Positions 1-8,044 of a stretch of DNA of 37,636 nucleotides are shown here, in pieces. The translations under genes were made by a program, and so were the position numbers. This DNA comes from Acidilobaceae archaeon (GTDB lineage: Archaea > Thermoproteota > Thermoprotei_A > Sulfolobales > Acidilobaceae), in the NCBI GenBank assembly GCA_027039295.1, contig JALWEW010000058.1, positions 1-37,636 of the forward strand, read 5' to 3'. The notes beneath the pieces were generated by a model that saw only the letters and a list, made by a program, of their open reading frames with translations, ran no database searches and had not been told where the DNA came from. The first letter of the stretch is position 1; each line of letters begins with the position of its first letter.

Positions 1-20
1 GTGGGAGGGTCAGGCTCCGC

Positions 21-464
21 GTGGAGGACCGCGAGATCAGGGTTGAGGGGGCCCGGGGGGTCCTTGGGAGGGAGATCGTGCTAGACGCCGTTAAGCTGGC
101 GTTTAGGTGGGCCAACTGCGCCGGCTGCAGGGCCTGCGAGGCGAGCTGCCCGACCGGCTCGATAAGGGTGGAGGAGGCCCCTGGGGGCCGCTATAGGCCT
201 CGGGTCGATGCGTCTAAGTGCATCCACTGTAAGCTCTGCCTCGACAACTGCCCCCTAGCTGACGTTGTGGCCGAGAAGGTCTACGCCGCGCTCGCGCTTG
301 GCACGCCTCTGGCCTGGAGGAGGAGTGGGAGGCGGAGCCACGAGAGCGTCGTTGAGAGGTATCTGAAGCTCAAGGGCTATAGGATCCCGGGTGAAGGGGT
401 CGCCGAGGTCAGCGTTGATAGCCTCGTCGAGCCAGCCGCCCTCGAGGCAGGCGAGGAGGGCTAG
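21..464 (+). CDS. 4Fe-4S dicluster (ferredoxin-type) domain protein, possibly 5'-truncated by the window edge
   Basis: Two CxxCxxCxxxCP motifs (CAGCRACEASCP, CIHCKLCLDNCP). The frame stays open back to nt 3, so the true start may lie upstream of the window. GTG at 21. Confidence 0.7.
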   Translation: MEDREIRVEGARGVLGREIVLDAVKLAFRWANCAGCRACEASCPTGSIRVEEAPGGRYRPRVDASKCIHCKLCLDNCPLADVVAEKVYAALALGTPLAWRRSGRRSHESVVERYLKLKGYRIPGEGVAEVSVDSLVEPAALEAGEEG

Positions 465-3364
465 CCCCTCCTCTTCTCCCAGTACATCCTAGTAGAGTAG
501 TAGTTCTCCTCGGCCTCCATTATGGCCCTGTAGAACTCCCTCTCACCACCCATTATGAGCCTCTCCATAACCCTCTTGGCCTGGGACGGCCCAACACCCC
601 TTGCCGCCAGCGCCTCTACCACCCTGCGGCCGAGGCCCTGGAAGGCGTAGTGCATGTAGAGGCTCGCCCTCTCCCTAGCCTCTCTCACGAGCCGCTTCTC
701 CTCGCGGCTCAGCCTCCCACTCTTGAGGGCTTTGCGGACGGCCTCGACGACGCTCCGGCCCCAATCCGTCGCGGGTAGGGGCGCTATTGAGGGGTAGCCG
801 CAGCGCGGGCACCTGAGCGGGGCCCCCTCGGGGATCCTCGAGACCTCAGCCTCCCATGCGTGGCCGCAGTGGGTGCAGAGGAGTAGCACTCTCTTCCTCT
901 GGAGCCTCCTCTTTATGCCCTCAACGAGCTTGCCTAGGGCCACCTCCTTCAGGTTTACCGCTACGTCGCGCTTCATGTAGGGGTTCTCGAGGACGTTGAG
1001 GGCCAGGGGGGTCGCCTCCTCGAGCCTGATAGCAGCTGGCTCCTTCATCGAGTCGAGGAAGTCGTTTAGCGCTGCTAGGTCTAGCCTGTCGTGGACAAGC
1101 TCCTTGAGCACCTCCTTCTCGACTATCGAGCCACGGTAGGCCTCGAGGATCCTCCTGAGGAGGGAGGGGTTCGCGCGGGCGTCTGGCTCGAGTATGCCGA
1201 GCCTCCTTGCTACGTGGAGGAACCTATAGAGGAAGGCTTGGCTCCTCCTGAGGGCCTGGTAGACCATCCCCGCCCTAGTTATGTGGTCCATCTCCGAAGC
1301 CTCCCTGAGGGCCGAGAGCAGGAGGTCCGCGCTGACCCCCCTGCCGTCGGGTGTTGAGAGGACCACGGCGTATGGTATGTGATTGAAGGTCACCGCCACG
1401 CCCTTACCAGCCAGTATCTCGCTTAGAAGCAGAGCCAGGGCCATGTTGCCCTTGCTCCCCAGGCAGGCGTAGAGTATGGTGAGGGTCGGGTACTCCTCTA
1501 TGACCGGCCTCCGGGGCTCTAGGAAGGCGCCGCCCCACCTCTCAGCGGTGGCCCTGGCCTGCTCTATTATCCAGTCCACGGCGTCGCTGGGGATCCTCCT
1601 GGCCAGTAGGAGCCTCCTAGCTAGCCCCGGGTTGTCCATGGCTAGTGAGAGGAGGGCGCAGGCCTCCCTGGCGACCTTGTAGTCCACCGGTATTAGCTCG
1701 CCGTGCCAGACCGGTACGAGGCCCTGGGCCTCGGCCACGGGCTTCACGATTATCCTAGCGGCCTCATAGTCGACCTCCAGGGCCTCCCAGAGCCTGCCTG
1801 AGAGGACGAAGCGGAGCCTCTCCCCCTCCCTCAGGTTTAGGAGTGAGGCCTCCACGAATCTCTCACTCACCTCCCCGACCCTCCTGTCCTCTATAGCGTC
1901 TACCACGGTGTAGGTAGCCTCGTCGGGTATCATCGAGACCCCATAGACGTACCTCCTCGTCCTCCTCGTCTGCCTCAGTACCCCCGAGACCTCGTCGTAA
2001 CGCACGATCCTCACGGAGTCTAGGTGCACTGCTACCTCCTCGAGGAGGCTCATGTCTATGCCAGCGTACTGCCTGGTGGCCGCGGCTACCTCGAGGAATT
2101 CCCCTAGGGAGAGTGAGCCCCTCTCAACGGTCATGGCCGCCATCTGGTGCGCTAGAGGGCATACGAGTCCCCTCGGGGCTTTGAGGTCCTCGAGGTGGCC
2201 CTTCATGGTCCTGAATGCTATGACTCCCGACTCTAGTATCTCGTAGAGGTTCCTCGGGACCACTATCACGGCTCTGGCGGTGCTCCCGAGCCTGTGGCCG
2301 GCCCTGCCGCCTCTCTGGGTCATGGCTAGCACCTGGCGGGGCGACATGAATTGGACTACGAGGCTCACGGTTCCGATATCTATGCCCAGCTCCATGCTGG
2401 ACGTGGCTACCAGGACCTTGATCCTCCCCTCCTTGAAGAGCCTCTCCGCCTCCTCCCTCACACTCCTAGCGAGGCTCCCGTGGTGGACCCTCACCTTATC
2501 CACGCCCAGGATCCTCGCTAGCTCCGCGGCCAGCTTCTCCGCCGTGGAGCGCGTGTTAACGAAGACCAGCACCTGGCCCTCCACGGTCTCCACGATCTCG
2601 GCCACCCGCCTGACGAGCCTCGGCCAGTCCAGGCCCTCCGCATCGACTACGCTGACCGATACATCGTACTCCTTGCCGCTCCTGTCAACTACAACCTCCA
2701 CCCTGCGGTGGCCCGCTATGAGGCCGGCTGCCTCCCCCATGCTCTTCTCGGATAGCGTGGCTGAGAGGCCTATCCTCTGTATCCTACGGCCCGCCACCCT
2801 CTCGAGCCTCTCAAGGGTCAGCGAGAGCTCGGCCCCCCGCTCGCTGTCTATGAGCTCGTGTACCTCGTCAACTATAACCCAGCGCACCCCCCTCCAGATG
2901 CCCCTCCCAGCGGTGGCCGTTAGGAGCAGCGTGAGGGACTCGGGGGTCGTTACCATCAAGTCGGGAGGGTTCTGGAGGAATCTCCTCCTGCCCGATGGCC
3001 CCGTGTCACCGTGCCTCACCTGCACGGTGAAACCCGTGGCCTCCACTAGGCCGCGGATGCGGCGCTCGATGTCTCTATTGAGGGCCCTAAGCGGAGTCAC
3101 GTATATCGCCTTCAGGCCACGCGGGGAGGCCCCCCTATCCCTCATAGCCGACATGAGCGAGAGTACCGGTAGGAGGGCGGCCTCCGTCTTCCCTGACCCG
3201 GTTGGGGCCACCACGAGCGTGTGGGCCCCCCTTAGTATGACCGGTATAGACTTCTCCTGAATAGGCAGCAGGCCCCGATACCCCAGCCTGGCGAGTGCCT
3301 CTCTCACACGCGGGTGCAGCGCCTCTATGCTGCTGACTGTGGAGCCGGGCATCCCGTGGTGCAC
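461..3364 (-). CDS. lhr: Lhr-type SF2 DEAD/DEAH-box ATP-dependent helicase
   Basis: Q-motif LLPIQEKSIP, motif I APTGSGKTEAA, II DEVHEL, III SATL, VI QRGGRAGHR. About 970 aa with a long C-terminal extension typical of Lhr, and a CxxC..CxxC zinc ribbon (CTHCGH...CPRCG). Start is GTG 3364 or ATG 3352. Confidence 0.85.
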   Translation of the reverse strand: MHHGMPGSTVSSIEALHPRVREALARLGYRGLLPIQEKSIPVILRGAHTLVVAPTGSGKTEAALLPVLSLMSAMRDRGASPRGLKAIYVTPLRALNRDIERRIRGLVEATGFTVQVRHGDTGPSGRRRFLQNPPDLMVTTPESLTLLLTATAGRGIWRGVRWVIVDEVHELIDSERGAELSLTLERLERVAGRRIQRIGLSATLSEKSMGEAAGLIAGHRRVEVVVDRSGKEYDVSVSVVDAEGLDWPRLVRRVAEIVETVEGQVLVFVNTRSTAEKLAAELARILGVDKVRVHHGSLARSVREEAERLFKEGRIKVLVATSSMELGIDIGTVSLVVQFMSPRQVLAMTQRGGRAGHRLGSTARAVIVVPRNLYEILESGVIAFRTMKGHLEDLKAPRGLVCPLAHQMAAMTVERGSLSLGEFLEVAAATRQYAGIDMSLLEEVAVHLDSVRIVRYDEVSGVLRQTRRTRRYVYGVSMIPDEATYTVVDAIEDRRVGEVSERFVEASLLNLREGERLRFVLSGRLWEALEVDYEAARIIVKPVAEAQGLVPVWHGELIPVDYKVAREACALLSLAMDNPGLARRLLLARRIPSDAVDWIIEQARATAERWGGAFLEPRRPVIEEYPTLTILYACLGSKGNMALALLLSEILAGKGVAVTFNHIPYAVVLSTPDGRGVSADLLLSALREASEMDHITRAGMVYQALRRSQAFLYRFLHVARRLGILEPDARANPSLLRRILEAYRGSIVEKEVLKELVHDRLDLAALNDFLDSMKEPAAIRLEEATPLALNVLENPYMKRDVAVNLKEVALGKLVEGIKRRLQRKRVLLLCTHCGHAWEAEVSRIPEGAPLRCPRCGYPSIAPLPATDWGRSVVEAVRKALKSGRLSREEKRLVREARERASLYMHYAFQGLGRRVVEALAARGVGPSQAKRVMERLIMGGEREFYRAIMEAEENYYSTRMYWEKRRG

Positions 3365-3441
3365 CCCTTTGGCGTAGACCCGCAGGCGCCCGCTTGGGAT
3401 CCGTGAGGGGCCTGCCCCACCTCGGAGGGCCGCTAACCCTG

Positions 3442-3451
3442 AAATAGATAA
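3442..3451 (+). promoter_or_regulatory. TATA-like box (AAATAGATAA) for the 3484 gene
   Basis: The only AT-rich element in the 119-nt divergent spacer. Its centre lies about 38-40 nt upstream of TTG 3484 / GTG 3487. Confidence 0.3.
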
Positions 3452-3483
3452 GCGGGCTTCCGTGTGCCCTGGCGTGGATTGTT

Positions 3484-4782
3484 TTGGTGTGCAACAAGGC
3501 CAGGCTGACGGTCGCCCTGGCTCTAACAGCTATCCTCTGGCTAGCCCTTGGGCCACTGCGGGCCCGTCTGCCGCTAGCCGCGGGCCCGGGGTACACGCGG
3601 GCTTCTGAAGCCGCGGTCCTGGCCATAGTGGCTCTCGCGTCGTTCTACTCGGGTTACCTGCTGAGATCACCCCTAGCCGCCCTCCTGGCGGCCCTCACCT
3701 CCGGCTACCACCATGGCCTGGGGGTCCTTGTGCCGGTGGCTGGGGGGCTCCTGGCAGCGGCCAGCCTCGCTGGTATGGCATCGCCCTCGGGGGACCCTCT
3801 GGAGGCCTCGAGTATCAAGAGGCCGTCACTGGGAGGCGCCGCGCTCCGCCTGGCAGTCGCCTCTACGAGCATAGCCGCGGCTTCCGTGGCGCTCCCCCTC
3901 TGTAACGCCTACTATGCCCTTGGAGCGCTCGTGTCGGCCATGCTCTCACTCCTGCTTGATGGAGCTGCTGGGCTCTTAGCCGCCGCCCTTTCAGGCCTGG
4001 GGTGGGCGGGCCTCCTCGTGGGGGTCTCCTTGTCGACCGCAGCCCCCCTCGGGCCGCCGAGCTGCGGCGGTGTCATCGCCGAGGTGTCCGGGGTCCTCAC
4101 TAAGGCGCCGCCGCCCAGGCTCCTCCTCTGGAGAGGTGGGGGCTGGTGGAAGAGGGGTCTTGCATGCACGCGCGGCAGGGGCACTATAGTATTGCCTGGA
4201 ACCCGCGGAGTAGCCATTGCAACCTACGGTAGCCGCGCTAGGGATGCCGCCCTCCTGCTAGCCAGTGAGTGGCCTGGAGCGACCTATGTGCTGTGCCTGT
4301 ACTGCGAGAGGGATCGCTGGCTAGCCGCTGGCCTGGAACCCATAGTGGTTAGGGCCGAAAGCGGGCTGCCCGCGCTACCTCGAGGGAAGGGAGCCCTACT
4401 AGTCCCGGAGGGGGAGGCCTTCGAATACGCCATCGCCGCCGCCAACCTACTCGCCCGGCAGACCCTCGGGGGGGTCGTTGTTGTCGACGATGCCAGTACG
4501 CTACCCGCGCCCGTCATGAGGGCCATCCTGGGAGAGCTTATCGCCCGCGGGGGGAGCGTTATCCTCGTTTACACGCTACCGCCGGAGACCCCAAGGCCCC
4601 CGGTGCCCCCTGGGGCGGCAAGCGTGGCCGCCCTGGCGGGGGCGGTCACGAGGCGTGAGCTGTCAGCCCTGCTACCCGCGGGGCTCTTGGATGCCGCCCT
4701 CGAGGCCCTGGCTAGGGGTTACGTGCTTATCTACCCCTCCTGCAGGGGGACCACAGTGGCCCTGAGGCTTCCCGGGGCCTGA
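3484..4782 (+). CDS. Hypothetical polytopic membrane protein with a C-terminal soluble domain
   Basis: 1.3-kb uninterrupted ORF. The N-terminal ~200 aa are Ala/Leu/Gly-rich hydrophobic segments. The C-terminal half contains a hhhhDD strand (GGVVVVDDAS) but no GxxxxGK[ST]. No family recognised. Confidence 0.6.
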   Translation: MVCNKARLTVALALTAILWLALGPLRARLPLAAGPGYTRASEAAVLAIVALASFYSGYLLRSPLAALLAALTSGYHHGLGVLVPVAGGLLAAASLAGMASPSGDPLEASSIKRPSLGGAALRLAVASTSIAAASVALPLCNAYYALGALVSAMLSLLLDGAAGLLAAALSGLGWAGLLVGVSLSTAAPLGPPSCGGVIAEVSGVLTKAPPPRLLLWRGGGWWKRGLACTRGRGTIVLPGTRGVAIATYGSRARDAALLLASEWPGATYVLCLYCERDRWLAAGLEPIVVRAESGLPALPRGKGALLVPEGEAFEYAIAAANLLARQTLGGVVVVDDASTLPAPVMRAILGELIARGGSVILVYTLPPETPRPPVPPGAASVAALAGAVTRRELSALLPAGLLDAALEALARGYVLIYPSCRGTTVALRLPGA

Positions 4783-4857
4783 GGGGATCCCCGGTCCCCT
4801 GGCTTGGCCTCGACTGGGAGCGCAGCCCGGTTGAGAGGCTCTGTGAGGTATTCACGC

Positions 4858-4865
4858 TTAAATAA
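4858..4865 (+). promoter_or_regulatory. TATA box (TTAAATAA) of the AbrB-ACT gene
   Basis: Its centre is about 41 nt upstream of ATG 4903, which predicts a short (~15 nt) leader. It lies inside the long TTG-4804 ORF-track extension, which argues for the ATG 4903 start. Confidence 0.5.
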
Positions 4866-4902
4866 CCTAGCCTTAAGCCGAAAGCCGTGGGGGATTAGTG
4901 GG

Positions 4903-5367
4903 ATGAGCGAGAGGAGACCCGGCGAAGAGCGTGTGGGGCCCCTTCAGCTCCCGGCCATGGTGAAGGTTGACTCGAAGGGTAGGGTCACAATCCCGCAGAC
5001 TGTGAGGGACGCCCTGGGGATCAGCCCCGGTATGTACCTGGTCCTGATAGCTGACGTAGACAAGAGGGAGATAGTGCTCTCCCCAATAGCGGCTAACGCC
5101 AGGAATGTCGTTGAGATAAATGTCGAGATGGAGGATAGACCCGGCGCTCTCGCAGAGGTGGCCAAGACGCTCTCCGACCTCAACGTGGACATCATAGTGT
5201 CGAGGTGTGCCTCGATAGCCAGGGGTAAGGCCGGGACCTGCACCATAATAGCGGACACGACACGCTCCAACATAGAGCCGGAAGCCCTCAAACAGAAGAT
5301 CGAGGAGGTGTCGGTTGTAAGGTACGTCAAGGTGAGGCGCTTCTCGGGCCCCGTGGTCTCGCTCTAG
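4903..5367 (+). CDS. SpoVT/AbrB-domain + ACT-domain protein (putative small-molecule-responsive transcription regulator)
   Basis: N-terminal VKVDSKGRVTIPQTVRDALGISPGMYLVL is a swapped-hairpin AbrB signature. C-terminal EINVEMEDRPGALAEVAKTLSDLNVDIIVSR is ACT-like. Start refined from 4804 to ATG 4903. Confidence 0.75.
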   Translation: MSERRPGEERVGPLQLPAMVKVDSKGRVTIPQTVRDALGISPGMYLVLIADVDKREIVLSPIAANARNVVEINVEMEDRPGALAEVAKTLSDLNVDIIVSRCASIARGKAGTCTIIADTTRSNIEPEALKQKIEEVSVVRYVKVRRFSGPVVSL

Positions 5368-5388
5368 CCTCGAATCCCCTAGCTTCCA

Positions 5389-5412
5389 CAGGCCCCGGGG
5401 GGAGCCTGTTTT
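5389..5412 (+). terminator. Possible terminator: short GC hairpin followed by TTTT
   Basis: CAGGC...GCCTG stem (5389-5408) followed by TTTT 5409-5412, about 20 nt after the 5367 stop. Archaeal termination at oligo-T is established, but this tract is short. Confidence 0.25.
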
Positions 5413-5456
5413 CCCTTACTTAACCCTGCCAGGGGTACACCCCTCAAGGGACGCCC

Positions 5457-6227
5457 GTGGCCTGCGGGTCATTCCTCGTCGGAACCTGCGGCTTCCAGAG
5501 GGCGCGGAGCCTCCACTATAGGAGCCTCGACGCCGTGGAGGTCCAGCAAACCTTCTACGACCCCCCGCCGCCGGAGAGGCTCTCCAAGTGGAGGGTAGAG
5601 GCGCCTGAGGGGTTCGTCTTCACAGTCAAGGCCTGGATGCTGATAACCCACGGCTACAATAGGAGGCTCTGGAGGCGCCTCAAGAGGGAGCTACCCTTCG
5701 AGCCGGGCGAGTTCAAGCCATTCCGCACCAATAAGGCCGTCCTCTGGGCGCTGGAGGTAACCCTCGAGGCCGCCAGGGCCCTGGGCACGAGGATCCTTGT
5801 GTTCCAGAGCCCAGCGAGCTTTGGGGCGACCGAGGAGAACGCCCGCCTCGTTGCATCTTTCTTCAGGGAGGCCGGCCTGGAGGGCTGGGAGGTCTACTGG
5901 GAGCCCCGTGGCAGCTGGTGGAGCCAGGGCCGGGGTCTGCTCGAGCGGGTGGCAGGCGAGGCCAGCATCAGGATAGCGGGCGACGTCCTCAGAGGCCGCC
6001 TGCCTCCCGGGGAACAGGATATCCTATACGCTAGGCTGCACGGGCTCGGCGGTAGGGGCGAGGTTAACTACCGCTACAAGTACAGCGAGGAGGACCTCAG
6101 AAGGCTCCTCACCACGATCAGCCCCTGGAGGGGGGGCTACATTATGTTTAATAACGTGTACGCTTTCGATGACGCGAGAAGGTTCCGAGAGATACTCTGT
6201 AATGAGATAGCCGGTGGCCGAAGCTAA
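5457..6227 (+). CDS. DUF72 (UPF0759, YecE-like) family protein
   Basis: LVGTCGF...VEVQQTFY...W..EAPEGFVFTVKAWMLITH matches the DUF72 N-terminal pattern (GTSGW..VEiN.tFY..W...P..F.F.vKa...TH). 256 aa is a typical length. Confidence 0.7.
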   Translation: MACGSFLVGTCGFQRARSLHYRSLDAVEVQQTFYDPPPPERLSKWRVEAPEGFVFTVKAWMLITHGYNRRLWRRLKRELPFEPGEFKPFRTNKAVLWALEVTLEAARALGTRILVFQSPASFGATEENARLVASFFREAGLEGWEVYWEPRGSWWSQGRGLLERVAGEASIRIAGDVLRGRLPPGEQDILYARLHGLGGRGEVNYRYKYSEEDLRRLLTTISPWRGGYIMFNNVYAFDDARRFREILCNEIAGGRS

Positions 6228-6362
6228 AAGGGGCCGGTGAGGTAGGGAACGCTTTTCCCCGCCTGCCAGCGCTGCATAGCGCGGCCCGACCCGTGAGAGG
6301 CGGTATCCGCGGCGGGCCACACCCCTCTGCGCCTAGGGCCCGCTGGGTAGCCCGCCGGAGGG

Positions 6363-6746
6363 ATGAGGGACGCCGCTCCCCCGTGTGACCCGCCTTTAAC
6401 TCCAGGCCTTGCGTTAGTCCCTGGGGACCGCCTAGTGCCGCCTAGGGTAACGCTCGCTTGGAGCAGGTGCCAGCTCTGCGGCCGCCACGCGCCTGTGTGG
6501 CGCTGCAGAGTGGAGGGCAGGGTGGTGGAGGCCTGCATGTTCTGCGCCTACACCCTAGGCCTCTCCTGCGACGGCCTCAGGGTGCCGAGTCCTCCACGGG
6601 GGGCTCGGGGCAGGCCTAGCCTTGAGCCTGACGAGTCGCTGCTCGAGGAGCTCAGCACTAGCAGGACGCGGGCTGGGGGATCCCAGGCTAGGAGGCGGGC
6701 GGCCAGTAGGAGTGGTAGGCGCCCTAGGAGGCGGGTGGGGCGCTAG
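6363..6746 (+). CDS. Hypothetical small Cys4 zinc-ribbon protein with an Arg-rich tail (uncertain gene)
   Basis: CQLC..(22)..CMFC, plus a C-terminal RRRAASRSGRRPRRRVGR tail. G/C-rich third codon positions and AGG-Arg usage resemble real genes from about codon 25 on. The start is uncertain, and high GC makes spurious ORFs common. Confidence 0.35.
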   Translation: MRDAAPPCDPPLTPGLALVPGDRLVPPRVTLAWSRCQLCGRHAPVWRCRVEGRVVEACMFCAYTLGLSCDGLRVPSPPRGARGRPSLEPDESLLEELSTSRTRAGGSQARRRAASRSGRRPRRRVGR

Positions 6747-7534
6747 AGGGTCAGCGGCGCTATGTAGATGTACATGCGCTCTCCGTTGGGGAAGGTGAAC
6801 TCGAGTTTCAGCGGGTAGTCTGTCGCGTACTCGGCCCTCACGATATCGGCGGCTCCCGTGGGCTTTGTGGCCGCCTCTAGGGGTGAGCGACCGTATGATG
6901 CCGTGCTCGGCTCCGCCACGTCTATGTCTAGGAGGGGGGCGTTGGGCTTCATCTCCCACACGTACTCCTTCTCCTCCTCGCTAGCCCTCACGAGGAGCAC
7001 CCCCTCCTCCTTGCTCTCGAAGGTGACCGCATCACTGACCACCTTCACATCCTGTATTATTACCTTGAACACGCTTGCGTCGAGGGAGAACCTCGTCGTC
7101 CCCTCGAACGTCGGCTCCCTTATCTCGGGTGGCTCAAGATCCAGTATGGGCACCGTGAAGCGCCTCGTAAGCCCGGTCTTCCTGTCCTTGAGGGTCACGG
7201 CTAGAGCGGGCTCATTCGGGTCGCGCTCGAATATTATCGTGTCATTCCTGGTAGCCCTCCTGACAACCTTATTCAACTCGTCTGTCCTCACTATGAACTT
7301 AGCCTCCTCCTCGACATTAAACTCTCCGAAGCTTATGCTAGGAGCCTTGAGCACCGCCAGCGTCGTCTTGTCAGGGCTCATCTGCCATATGAGCATCTCA
7401 TCCGCGCCGACGACGAACGTCGCCTCATCGCTTATCTTCGCGAGCGTCTGCGTGATATACTTAAACTTCGTTGCTGCATCATAGGCCAGCCTGAACAAGC
7501 CCCGTCCACCGTTTCCTCCTGGCTCCTCCAGCAT
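6743..7534 (-). CDS. pcn: DNA polymerase sliding clamp PCNA
   Basis: FRLAYDAATKFKYITQTLAKISDEATFVV... has a typical PCNA N-terminus and length. An alternative TTG start at 7498 (MFRLAYDA..., 251 aa) fits the canonical length better, and it leaves the TATA at 7533-7541 upstream of the start. Confidence 0.85.
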   Translation of the reverse strand: MLEEPGGNGGRGLFRLAYDAATKFKYITQTLAKISDEATFVVGADEMLIWQMSPDKTTLAVLKAPSISFGEFNVEEEAKFIVRTDELNKVVRRATRNDTIIFERDPNEPALAVTLKDRKTGLTRRFTVPILDLEPPEIREPTFEGTTRFSLDASVFKVIIQDVKVVSDAVTFESKEEGVLLVRASEEEKEYVWEMKPNAPLLDIDVAEPSTASYGRSPLEAATKPTGAADIVRAEYATDYPLKLEFTFPNGERMYIYIAPLTL

Positions 7535-7541
7535 ATTTTAA
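7533..7541. promoter_or_regulatory. TATA-like element (ATATTTTAA) in the PCNA / 7576 divergent region
   Basis: The only AT-rich element between the two divergent genes. It lies ~39 nt from ATG 7576 and ~39 nt from the alternative PCNA TTG 7498, and it overlaps the ORF-track PCNA ATG. Confidence 0.4.
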
Positions 7542-7575
7542 CGAGCCAGACCCCCCCAACTCCCGGGGCCTGGCT

Positions 7576-7959
7576 ATGGAGGGTAAGGTAAAGGTCGAGA
7601 TAGATCTTGGCAAGTACATCAGCGTCGAGCTCCCAGCTGAGGAGGCGGAAAGGCTCATACGCCGCCTAGCCGAGAGGCTGGGCTACGAGAGCCAGGATGC
7701 AAGCGAGGCCCTCAGATACATAAGGAACTTCGACGCCTTCTACGAGATAGCCAAGAAGAAGTTCAAGGACTACCTAGTCCCGCCCAAGAGCATGAACGAC
7801 ATGATACGCGGCACCGTGCTCGTGGACAGGCTGAAGCTCGTCAAGGACGGTGGGAAGCGGGTTGTGGTTACATTCGACAGGAGGGTACCACTAGATGAAG
7901 TGCTAGCGGCACTAAAGGATTTGGGATACGAGGCCGAGGTCGTCAGGAGGGAGTTCTAG
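7576..7959 (+). CDS. Hypothetical 127-aa soluble protein
   Basis: Clean ATG ORF with gene-like codon usage, Lys/Glu/Arg-rich. No family recognised. Confidence 0.6.
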   Translation: MEGKVKVEIDLGKYISVELPAEEAERLIRRLAERLGYESQDASEALRYIRNFDAFYEIAKKKFKDYLVPPKSMNDMIRGTVLVDRLKLVKDGGKRVVVTFDRRVPLDEVLAALKDLGYEAEVVRREF

Positions 7960-8044
7960 GCAGATGGAGGGGTAGGTGGAGGCGCTGGCCCCTGAGCTCA
8001 CGAGTACCTCCGGAGCCCCTAATACCATCCTAGCATTGTTGCAT

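Noticed and set aside
461-464. Convergent stop codons of the ferredoxin gene and lhr sharing the palindrome CTAG
   Set aside because: A trivial consequence of tight packing with TAG stops on both strands.
2280-3260. 326-aa plus-strand ORF antisense to the Lhr helicase (and similar ORFs at 1091-1357, 1476-1682, 2052-2246, 3135-3626)
   Set aside because: Ser/Thr/Leu/Pro-rich mirror-frame translation of a well-supported gene. Long antisense ORFs are expected in GC-rich DNA, and no motifs were seen.
4804-4902. TTG-4804 start for the AbrB-ACT gene
   Set aside because: The extension would contain the TATA box (4858-4865) and has no domain content. ATG 4903 is preferred.
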